This document shows positions 1 through 11,300 of a stretch of DNA of 64,000 nt, one piece after another. The notes under the pieces were generated by a model that saw only the letters and a list, made by a program, of their open reading frames with translations, had not been told where the DNA came from and searched no databases. The DNA lies in assembly GCA_050575255.1 (NCBI GenBank), contig JBNZDD010013732.1, forward strand, positions 9,618,225 through 9,682,224. Direction: 5' to 3'. Source of the stretch: Harriotta raleighana (taxonomy: Eukaryota). The first letter of the stretch is position 1; each line of letters begins with the position of its first letter. Position numbers and translations under genes: made by a program.

Positions 1-537
1 CTGTGTTTGCGGTCACAAATCTTTCTAAGGTTCCCCACCGGAAGCTTAAATTGCATGTGATCCTTACCCATCCTTATCTCCGTCTTTGGAGCCATTGGTA
101 TTTTTATGTAAGAGTCCAGAAGAAGTTCTGCCCTTTTTATTAACCACTTGACTCTGATACAAAGCAAGAAAGGAAAAATTCACACCTCACTACTACAAAT
201 ACTATGTGTGCTAATAAACCAGATTCTTAGCTCTCTCAACAAAAACACTGCTTGGAAATTAACAAAACCACTTTAAAGCAATAATACAGTAAATCCAATG
301 TCTTAAACATGTTTCCCGGGCCTTAACTTTAACAAAAGTTTTTGACTATTGCAATTTTAATGTTAAAATATGCTAACATTGTGAGTTAGCCTATATCGTA
401 AAACATTTTAAAGTTTTGTAATGCATAATATATATGGTTGCCAATTTGACTTGCTGGAAGTGGAACTGCAAGTTTACCTCTTTCACCTGAAATTTATGTC
501 TAAAAGGAAATACTTGTTACCAGATTTTTGTTAAGAA

Positions 538-825
538 ATAATAATAATCCTTGCATTTGATATAGCTCTATTCACGTCTTCTTGACATCTCAAAGCATTT
601 TACAGAATATACTGTAAAGTGAATTGACTGTCTATATGTGGGCGAAGTGCAGCAGCATAGTCCACATAGTCCCACAAATCGTGGATTGAAATGACCAATT
701 TTTAATTTTTTTGTGGGATTATTGTTAGGCATGTAGAGTAAGGAAGTTTACCCAAGGTTTGCTTAGAACTGAACCCAGGTCTCTCACTTGTAAGGCGAGT
801 GCTCTAACCACTGAGCTACAGGACT
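538..825 (-). mobile_element. tRNA-derived SINE (young family, SINE2-1_CM-like)
   Basis: Reverse complement has an A-box (tagctcagtggttagagc), a B-box (ggttcagttc), the central gtttgtgggac segment and the tail aaatgcaaggattattatt; homologous to 3614-3940. Confidence 0.85.
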
Positions 826-2110
826 GTGTTTGTTGCAAATTTTATCTTAGATGATGAATAACAAATTAATTATACTTTGTTGATAAATAGATATTAAATT
901 ATACATTGGTTGTTGTGCTTTAATCCACTAGGGATTTGTTGTTTTTTAAAAAAAGCTAGAAAACAAATATTCCAAGTACTGTTTTGGATCGTGGATTTAT
1001 TGACTATTCTGAATAATTTTCTAATGACTAACAGTGATTCCTCCTAACTCCCCTGCTTGTGCTGGGAATAATGAAAGGTACAGGGACGAGTGAAACCATA
1101 GTTTTGTCATTTGATTGAGAAATGCTTTGTAAAAAAACAATTGAAGCCTTCTTTCAGTCCTGCTGTTAATGCAATGGATATGATTTAAAAGTAAACCTAT
1201 ACAATACAAGCAATGCCATTCAAACAAAAGTGAAAAGTTGTAATCCTGTATTATTTGTTAATACAGTGCAAAGATGTTACTGCAGTCTGAAAACAATGAA
1301 CAAAGTAAACTGAGCCTCTGATCAAAACATATAAAGTTTTACGAATTTTACGAAAAAAATAAATCTTTTGCTATCATACCTTATTCTGAATTGATTCCCT
1401 CAAGTTCATTTTACCCTGTCACAATGTCTGCTCCCGGAATTGTTAATATAACTAACTATGACCTTGCAACATCACAAGCCTTTTGGATTAATGATCAGCA
1501 ATCAACAATAACAACAAAATTACTTATAGACCACCTTTCACATCAGGACTCAAGTTGACAATCAATGTCAACCCACAATCAATAATTCTTCATAAGATTA
1601 TTGTCTGTGAATATTTTCATATTAAATCTTTATGACAACATCTCAGTTCAGTTTCTTCCATTTTATTTATCTTGCACACGAGCTACATGCAAGAGCAACA
1701 ATTAGAAATAATAACAGGCGAGAAAAACATGAGAGTGCTTGATTGATGAATCAGTTTATGTAATTATTTTAAACAAACGTGCTTTCCTTTATCAAAAAAA
1801 GTGGCTTTTGAGGTATTGTGAGTTATAATTATAGGAAGATCACTTGTATCTGGGTGATGTGGGCAGTTACTTTCTATTTATGGGTTGATTTTATGTTGTA
1901 ACTGAATAGGATTTCCTCAGTCCTGCATAGTAATCGAAACAGATCATTTTCTTACAATTTGCCCTGTTGCTCAAGTTTAATTGTTGCCATCTGTGCGGTG
2001 GTGTGAAACAAACGCTTCAAATGATTTTATTTTCCCTACTACGTACTCTATTAGTTATAGTTATCCCTATTAACTATCCTTCCTCCCCCACATCTGCTCC
2101 ATGACTGGCA

Positions 2111-2770
2111 CAGCCTTCCACCACCTTCGCAATATTGCCAGGCTCCGCCACTACCTCACCCCCCCCCCATACCACCGAAACTCTCATTCATGCCTTTATC
2201 ATTTCCAGGCTTGACTACTGGAACCCTCTCCTCATCGGCCTTCCCAACTCCTCCCTTCACAGGCTGCAGATCATTCAGAATTCTGCAGCCCGTGTACTCT
2301 CCTGCACCAGGCTTCGTGATCACATCACTCCCACCCACGCCCGTCTCGACTGGCTCCCCATCCCCCAGAGGATCGAATTCAAGATCCTCGTCCTCACTTT
2401 CAAGGCCATTCACGGCCTTGCCTCGCCTATTTCTCTGACCTGCTGTCTCCCTATCTGCCTGTTCGCATCTTCCCTTCAGCAGACTCAGGCCTGCATCCAC
2501 CACTCTAAGCGCTCAACCATCGGTGGCTGGGCTTTCAGCCTCTCTGTCCCCACATTATGGAACTCCATCCCACAGTCCCTCCGTCTTGCTTCCTCCCTTT
2601 CCTCCTTCAAAACCGGTCTCAAGACCTTCCTCTTTGACCGCGCCCCCTCCCCCAACCCCCTCCCCCACCCGGGTCCTGCTCGGGTCCTGACTTGACTGTT
2701 CAGCGCTTTGGGACATCCTCCCGATGTGAAAGCACTATACAATTGTAATTTTGTTATTGTTGTTGTTATT
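2111..2770 (+). mobile_element. LINE/L2 3' fragment (ORF2 C-terminus and 3' UTR)
   Basis: ETLIHAFIISRLDY...LQIIQNSAARVL...HITP...WLPIPQRIEFKILVLTFKA is the L2 ORF2 C-terminal motif; C-rich UTR; tail gcgctttgggacatcctcccgatgtgaaa...(ttg)n. Confidence 0.9.
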
Positions 2771-3216
2771 GATGAGTTTGTTGCAATGAAATCTGGGTCC
2801 AGACTTGCCAAAATTGGTTTGTGGAAACAGTAACAAAGAAAAAAGTTTCCTCACACCAGGATCCATGAGATCTTTGAAAGTACAAGCCTGTCAGACATCT
2901 GGATTAGAATAGTAATGTTGAGCCAAATAAAGGAGAATGCAAATAAGGAACCAATATCAGTTTGTTTCTATATGTGTGTTGTGCCAACCTAACTTTGAAG
3001 GTAGCTGTCTCCACTGTCAGTCAAATTTGTTTACTCAGACTGTTTAGACAGATGCCAAAGGAGAATCTCCTACATTAAATGCTGAAGCAATGAGAGTGTG
3101 AGGCTAACTGGACCGTTTCATTATTTACTGTGATGATTTTGATAACAGTTCTCCTTTTTCTCTTATGTGCATTATCTGTGCTCAGACAGATAGATCAAAA
3201 ATCAGGTATCACCCTG

Positions 3217-3525
3217 TTGGTAGCACTCTCTCCCCTGAGTCAGTAGGGGGTTCAAAGCCTATGTTGTCACTGAACTAATAATCCAAACCAATAGTTACTC
3301 CAGTCCTGGGGGAGATCTGCATTGTTGGAGGTGATGTCCCATGGATTAGATATTAAACTGAGGCTTGTCTGCCTGTTCAGGGATGCTGAAAGTTATATCA
3401 CATTATTTGAAAGGCGAAGGGAGTTTCTGCCAGTGCCCTGGATAACATTCCCTTGGGTAAAATTGGTCAGTCCTTACTTGGCTGTTTGTGGGACATGACT
3501 GCGTTCAAATTGGCTATCGCTTTCA
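3217..3525 (+). mobile_element. Old Deu-domain SINE (SacSINE1/AmnSINE1-like) with nested insertions; probable own tail at 3941-4007
   Basis: gtagcactctc..ctgagtcag, ctgcattgttggaggtg, attaaactgaggc..gtctgcctgttcag, gctgtttgtgggac..aaattggct; homologous to 35181-35570 and 62717-62950; Deu-domain resemblance from memory. Confidence 0.65.
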
Positions 3526-3613
3526 ACAATAACAACTTGCATTTATTTAGGACCCTTCACACAGATAGCAGGGTCTTGGAGCAGTTGAACTACAAAATAC
3601 CTACTGTCAATGT

Positions 3614-3940
3614 GGAGCTCCTATGGCTTAGTGGTTAGAGCACTCGCCTTACAAGCATGATACCTGTGTTCGAATCCAGGCAGATCAGGGTGAAACCTTG
3701 GGCAAGTTTCCTTACTCCACATGCCTAATAATAATCCCTCCAAAAAAAACACAATAATAAAATTGATCATTTCAATCCATGACTGTTTGTGGGACACTGC
3801 TGAGCGCAATTGGCTGCCGCGTTCTTCCCACAAATATACAGTCAGTTCACTTTACAGTATATTCTGTGAAGCACTTTGGGACGTCAATAAGATGTGAATA
3901 GTGATAAATCAAACGCAAGGGTTATTATTATTATTATTAT
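3614..3940 (+). mobile_element. tRNA-derived SINE, full length
   Basis: ggagctcctatggcttagtggttagagcactcgcc (A-box), gttcgaatcc (B-box), body, (tta)n tail. Confidence 0.9.
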
Positions 3941-4948
3941 AAATGCTTTGTGAAATCCTCCCAATTTGAAAGGTGCAAATTCAAGTACAAAAAGTGTTAT
4001 TACTATTAACTTTCTCATGTCCCATTTCAGCTCACCACATTCAAAAGTCATTGTGGACAATATAAGTGTACTTTCATTTTTAAAATATTTAATATTTCTA
4101 TTGACAAGGTAAACATTAGTGTTTCAATACTAGTTTAAAATGGGCCTGGCAATTATTACCAACGTGTTCTGCCATATATCAGCTAGGTTTATGTTTAGGT
4201 TTTGACACTGCTTACTATGCGATTCCATTTTGCTCTGCATAGCAGGGACACTCAGGAATTGCAGATGGGAAAATAAACCCCTCGCCATGCCATCCCAGAC
4301 TCCCACCTTGGAGCGTAGGAAATCTTTGTTACGGTGTATAGTCTACCATAGAGCATTCTCCACTTGGCCGATTGCACAGCAGGCGGACAACAGTTGTGGC
4401 CCACGCTTCCATCTGAAAGCTTCCATGTGCAGATTAATATCCTGCAAGGGAATATTTGTTGGTGGGGGTTGGGGAGGGTGGTGGGTAGAGTGGAAACAAA
4501 GAAACAACACAACATTTGCAAATGGAGTGAAACAAACTGAGTTATTGAAGGGGTTAGTTCATATTTATTCTAGGCTGAATGAGGATTTTCCACTTCAGTG
4601 GTTTATGAAAGGAAAACACGCTATACTTATTTTCTTGTAGCACTGGATCCATCATTGCGGGGAGCCAGAAAATGAGAGTGGGGCCATGAAATCACAACAG
4701 ACTATTTTCTCTATTTCCCTGTACGTTGTGATCACCGAGGCAGATAATTTCGATGCTATCTATTGTTGAATCAGGGAAACAGTTTTAAACAGGTTTGTTG
4801 CAAACATAGTGATCAGTGGTCAACTGCAGTCATTTCAGGTGGAAGTGACCGATGATATTAAACTTACATGATGCTTCAGAGCTGCTTCATTAATCACTTC
4901 TACCCTTCTTCTGTTTTGGTTCCTGGTATCATTACAGAGAAGCAGTCA

Positions 4949-5045
4949 GGGGATTCGATAGGGTAAAGGGGATTTGATAGGGTAAACAGTGAAAAACTGT
5001 TTCCACTAGTGTCAGTGACTTGAGGTCACAGATTTAAAAGTCAAA
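4949..5045 (+). mobile_element. Short CR1 LINE fragment
   Basis: ggggattcgatagggtaaa...aaactgtttccactagtg...ggtcacagatttaaaa matches 62119-62197 of the CR1 copy. Confidence 0.6.
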
Positions 5046-5173
5046 AGAAAAGTCTTATTTTTAAGCAGATAATCTGCAAGGGTAGTATTATTATAGCAAA
5101 GTATTATTATAGACCATCCACAATCATTTAGTGCTTAAAATCATGATTTTTGCTTCATGTCTTTGGGATTCAG

Positions 5174-5319
5174 CACTGCCGTCATGGACACTGTGTGAAC
5201 AAAGAGATACAGACAAGACCACTGAATGGAGAATGGGGTCCCTGGGAACCATATGGAACATGTACAAGGACATGCGGTGGAGGGATCAGAAGCGCAGCAA
5301 GAGAGTGTAACAAACCAGA
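5174..5319 (+). CDS. ADAMTS20: ADAMTS20 window exon 1: end of disintegrin-like domain and first half of TSR1
   Basis: cag|CAC...CCA GA|gtgagt; [49 protein letters not shown]; phase 0/2. Confidence 0.95.
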
Positions 5320-8300
5320 GTGAGTTTTTCTGAGCAAAACTAGCTGTTTGAAATCATTACAATTTTGGGGGGAGGGGTGGTCAGCCAAGTGTCTGACACA
5401 TGTGAAACTCAGCACCATGCTTAAGAGTATTCAAATCAGACTTAGAGTTGTATGAATGCTATCTACACATGGAACTTCTAGTATCTGAAATGGAATGCAC
5501 ACTCTCTTCCTGGGGATACACAATCTGCTTACCTAATTCAAGGTAGTGTTAGGCCTAGGTTGGCAAAACTCAAGGCTTAGAGACCACAGAAGTTGTGTTG
5601 GTTACTGCTGGAGTTTAACTAGTTAAAACCACAAAGCTTGCTGTTGAAAGCACTTCCACTGCTTGTCCAGCTTGGATCACGCAAACTGCTTAGGGCTTTG
5701 GGTTGAAGACTCTTTTATGAGGAAGAGTCCACAGTAATTGGGCATTTCCTCAATGTACAACTGATGAGCCAGGCTGGTTGGTTTGTTATCAGCAGTTCCG
5801 TGGAGTACTGTGAATCCTTCTAGCTCAGGATCCCAGCACTCAGACCATAATAGAGGACTGGTTCAATTCCGACATTCTGTTGTCAAGCATGACACAGTGG
5901 CGCCAATTCAGTTCCAAGGAAACCCTGCTTACTTCCTTTTTAAAAAGGAAAATCACAAGTTCGTCATTTGACATCCAATAAACACAGGTTTCAGCCCTCA
6001 CTCGGTAGATGGCAGGTACCAAGATCTTCCTGTGGGCTACTTGGTGAGCAACACAACTGGTATCAGTGTATTAAAAAAAAGGCAAAATACTGCAGATGCT
6101 GAAAATCTGAAATATATACAGAAGTTGCTGGGAAGACTCAGCAGGTCAGGCAGCATCTATGAAAAGAAGCAAGTGAGTTAACATTTTAGGTTGATGACCT
6201 TTCATCAGAACAAAAGGTCATCAATCTGAAATGTTAACACACTTTCCTCTCTCCATAGATGCTGCCTGACCTGCTGAGTGTTCCCAGTGACTTTTATTTT
6301 TATTTGGTTACTGTGCATGTTTGGTTACATTGCTATTACACTGATGAATATGGGATAGAATCATTGGTATCACTGCTCTATTCATTAACTTAACTTTAGG
6401 CAGTTCTTCAACAAGTGTCCACACAACCTTAATTGCAATTTTTCTTCCCTCTGCACCACCTGCCTGTTTAGGCCCAGAAATGGAGGAAAGTATTGCGTGG
6501 GTCGCAGAATGAAATTCCGATCCTGCAACACCGAACCATGTCCAAAGGGCAGGAAAGATTTCAGGGAAGAACAGTGCTCCAAGTTTGATGGGAAGCATTT
6601 CAACATCAATGGTTTGCCACCTAACGTACGCTGGCTTCCAAAATATAGTGGCAGTGAGTATTCCAAAGTACAGTGCAATTCACCCACCTCCTCCCATGCT
6701 GTGCATAACTATAGTATAAACTTGGATATAGTGCGTTTTATATATGGCCTGGCAATTTTCCTACCTGAACGTTGGAAACCCTGACATTGTACTGTCAAAT
6801 GGTATTACAAGCTATAAATCTGGTTGAGTGTGTGTTTGTTGCACTGCAAAATGCATGCTTTCAAAGTCCATCATCAAATTGTCATGCTGGAAGTAGGCTG
6901 ATGCATTTTGAAGTGTAACCATGCTCTGCACTGAAAATCATGATGCATTTTGAAGTGCACTTCAAACCCTGTCTTTACCTGCGCACAAAGGGAGCCAGCC
7001 AGTTTACTGTGCCCAGTCATATGATTGAAGGTCACCAATTGGGCCTCATGGTAACGCATTTTGAGGTTTTATGTATCCTAAGTACAGTAAAAGCCCGTTT
7101 ATCCGTGACTCGATCAACCAGAACTTCCGTATAACCAGTACATCAAAAAAAGTCCCCATCCGATTAACTGGATGTTATCCAGCAGAATAGCGGTGGCACA
7201 TTTAATGATTCGATTGTCGCATGAGAGTTCTGTACAGTACTTGCCGCTAGTAGAGCTTTAAAGTCGCACTGTTTTTTCCCCTCGCATGGTGTCCACCATT
7301 GCAGAAGTTAAGTATAAATAATAAAATATAAATAAATCTAAATACAATATTCTTTTATTACAGTATCTGTTATTACTGTATTTATTCTATTATTTATATG
7401 GTACAGTGTATAACATTTAAAATAAAGTACCCATACAATATTCTGTTATTACAGTATCTGTTATTGCTGTATTTAGTCTATTATTTATATGGTACAATGT
7501 ACAACATTTACAATAAAGTACCTATACAATATTCTGTTATTATCTGTTATTATTTAGTCTATTATAAATAGATTAATTAACTGGCATTGGCCAGGTCCCA
7601 CGGGTGCTGGATAAGTGGGCTTTTACTGTAATATATTATAGCAAGGCTTTATGGTATTCATAATGGGGTGTGAGAGGGCAGAGTGTGTGATACTTTAAGT
7701 CACTACTAAAAAAAAGTGTGGTTTGTGATTGCAGTTCTTATGAAGGATCGTTGCAAACTCTTCTGCCGAGTGGCTGGAACCACTGCCTATTATCAGCTCA
7801 AAGACAGAGTTGCTGATGGCACTCCTTGCGGACCTGATACAAATGATATCTGTGTACAAGGCTTGTGTCGGGTAGGTTATGAATGAAGCTGGTGCATTTT
7901 AATATAATTATTTGGAGGGAAGAAGCTGGGCAGTGATAACATTTGTTTAGTTAATGATAAAACATAAAACAACAGCAAAATTACATTTGTATAGCGCCTT
8001 TCAAATCGGGACATGTATAATAGTGCCCACAGAATGCTGAACATTGTGTCTTCTTGTTGCTGAGGTGAATTTTTAAAATGAATATAATCCACTGATGACA
8101 TTCACAAGGTGCCTTCAACCACCTTGACTAGCAATACATGTGGTCTTGGCGCAGTTTTTACTTCTGGTTTCCAATCTAAGGAATTGTGACTTACTATTGA
8201 GCAGAGAGGTTTTGGTTGGCAGCATGTCTCTCTCGCTGACAGTTTAGGAAATGAATCATAGATCTAGACTAGCACCTTGGATTGAAAATGTCTTTAATTT

Positions 8301-11300
8301 ACACCTTGTCTGAATCACTTGCATGGATAAACAAGATACAGTACTTCCACGCTTGGATCTTGTTAAATGCCTAGCATGTGCCTATGCTGTGAAGGTATCT
8401 CTAATTTGGGGGCAGGGCTGTTAAAAAAAAATTTGCAAATTATTTTTTAACCAGATTTCAGATTGTACAGAATATCGTTTCTCACATCAGGTAAACGTAT
8501 TGAGGTGCTTGTGGGCGAGTTCCACTCTCGTGAAATGATTAATACTGACAACAATTGCAAACAGTCTTCCAGTCGAGAGTAATTTTGTTTATAAATATTT
8601 CTTCTCTTCATTTTTCCATATTTCATGAGTTGTATAATTTGTCATAAAACAATGCACAATCACAATAGTATTTTACCTGCTAAAGATGAGCCTTCATCAG
8701 TATCTACTACTTCTCGTAATTTATATAATGGTTTTAGAAATTTATGCCAACTCTTCCTATAAATAATTTTCTGTTGAGCACATGAAGAAACTGCATGTAT
8801 AAGTTACATCTTGAGAAATGACAGCTATCTGATGCCTATCCATCATTTCCATGCTTTTTTAGCAAGCAGGATGCGATCATGTATTGAATTCCAAAGCCAG
8901 ACAGGATAAGTGTGGGGTCTGCGGTGGAGATAATTCCTCGTGCCGGACCCTGGCTGGTACTTTTAATAATGTACAATATGGTGAGTAATGTTAGCTGGAA
9001 GATATTGTGTTTTGGAAAGTTGGTGAAGATGCTTAAGTACTTTGATACATTAATCCACGTTCCTGACTGCTTGTTCAGGTGGATGTTAAAGATACCAAAA
9101 TGTTTCCACCTAGATTCTATCTATCAATCTAATAGCAAATGCAAGAATTGTATAAAAGCAAAACAAAAATCCATTTTAAATGAATTTGTGTTTTTTAGTT
9201 AAGTTTTTAGATTGCCTTGTTTTTCAGTTCAAAACATTAGCTTTTTCGTTTCAGGTTATGAGTGTTCAGAATCTCGGAAATATCTTTCAAATGCTATAAA
9301 ATGATCAAATCATACATGGATCCTGAGGAGGATTATCAGATGATTATTCGCACTGGACACTTTGCGAAAAAGCAAACAGTGTTGATAATTGGATGTTACA
9401 AAATATAGTTTGGCCTCAATGCCAACTAAAACATTGTTCCAACAGGAATTATACGGTTCACTACAGACCTGGCTACAACAACAACAACAAAATTACACAT
9501 GCATAGCGCCTTTCACATCAGGATGTCCCTCTGCAGAAATAAATTGTTTTTATCCTGAAAGTAGTGGCTTTGAGAATTCCACTTATCATAAATAGCCTGT
9601 TTCATCAAATTTGTGTACTTAAATAGCACTGGAGGGATTTTGTGTCCCTGTTGGATAGTAAAATGATGTTTCTTACTCACATAAATTGAAGATTGCACGC
9701 ATTGTGTTAAAAGGACAGCAGGGAGTGAGTGATTTCAAGCCTGAAATTTAATAGTGGTTCAGATAATACCATAAACAACTTCAATGCTGACCTGTGGTTT
9801 ATGATGTGACGTCAACCCAAACACTAGATTATGGCCTGGTCATATTGTTGTGTAACGTTCATTCATCATACAGCTGCCCGATTGTGTGGTTCAGCTGCCA
9901 CCACTAAACATCAGGTGAGGCTTTGTGATGGCTGTTTAAATGCCAAATTCCACCAATAGCCATAAACCTCAACATCTCCAGTCCATCTCCTGGTATATAC
10001 ATGTGAAATGTTATTTTCCTAGATCAACCATCCTTTCCACCTCTTACAGATGGACAGGTTATGTGCTGTTTAGTGTTTTTAAGTTTATTGAAGAGCCAGT
10101 CATAACCTTTTTTACTCTAGCACTTCGATAATCTTTCAGAACCCTGTATGTTCCTATGTTTTTTGATTAACATTAAAAATCTGTAGCACTTGATATCTGA
10201 GACTTGAAAATGCACAAAACTCGGTACAAATCCAGCTTCCCATTCCGCATCAATTCACTGCTGGAAATGATTTGCTTCGCTCCTAGCAGCATGAATAAAC
10301 CCAGAGATTTGTGCTTGTTGGGTGCAATCTTGAGAGTGCTCATGTTCATTTTCCTTCTTGACTGATGCAGCTGGCTGAGGGACAAATCTTTCATTGTGAA
10401 ATTTACAAGGTTACATGCTGACCCTGTCCCAAAGATTGTTTTAATGACAATTCCCATGGAAACCGGTTCCTTTGAATGGTAGACCTGGCAAAAGAAAGCA
10501 GCAAGTGATTTCTTGTTTGGGTTTTTAACTGCAAAAGGAGAAAATTATCATTTTGACGACATCGGTGGACATGTTTAATCTTATAACATGCAGTATTGTA
10601 ATAGTGTTGACAAATATGCATCATTTGATGGCATTCAGGAAAAAAAGTATGATTGAAATAGTCTATTTTCAAGTTACAATAACTTAATGTTTCACTGCTA
10701 GCTTCTTAAGGGAGATTCAGATAGTTGGTTGATGTTGATGTACTCCACGACTGGAACCATAGTAATGCTACTGTACATTCCTTACAATTAACTCTGCAAA
10801 GTAGACTGTCCATCAGCCACGGAGTGTACACATTAACAGTCTCATGATTACACTGTCAGTCTTTCCGTGTAGTGTGATTGCATTTATGTACTTTACCTCA
10901 GATTAAGCGTCAGTAAGCAACAGTAAGAATTAATTCTCTCTGAGATGCTTACTGTTAATCTGATGAGACTGTTAATCTGATGAGACTGTTAACGTTTCAA
11001 TCTTAGGGAAACTACTTCACAGCTAAATTAACTTTAGCTTTTAAAGAGTATAATTCACATTTTTTTTTAAATCTTTGCAGTGCTGCCCTGAAAATATGTT
11101 TGTGACTGTCCCCCAAGATCAGGGTCAAACAAACTGGTGCCCTCAAGTGGTGGGCAATATTATTGCAATCTGATTTCACTCCACGAAGGAGTTGGCATTG
11201 TTCAGACAGTGAAGAAAGAGTCAAGCCCTTTTGACAATTTTACCTAAGTTTTGCTGATGGAATTGAATCATAAAGATTGCCAGATATGAAAGTACAGTTT

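Noticed and set aside
3614-3690. tRNA-like sequence with A and B boxes (also at the other SINE heads)
   Set aside because: Always continues into the SINE body and tail, with no intact cloverleaf or terminator; not tRNA genes.
1-5173. Search for the preceding disintegrin/catalytic exons
   Set aside because: No ADAMTS-like frame with splice sites found; they presumably lie upstream of the window.
5761-5790. CTGATGA followed by a small stem (also at 10960 and 10977) as hammerhead cores
   Set aside because: No GAAA after stem II, so the catalytic core cannot form.
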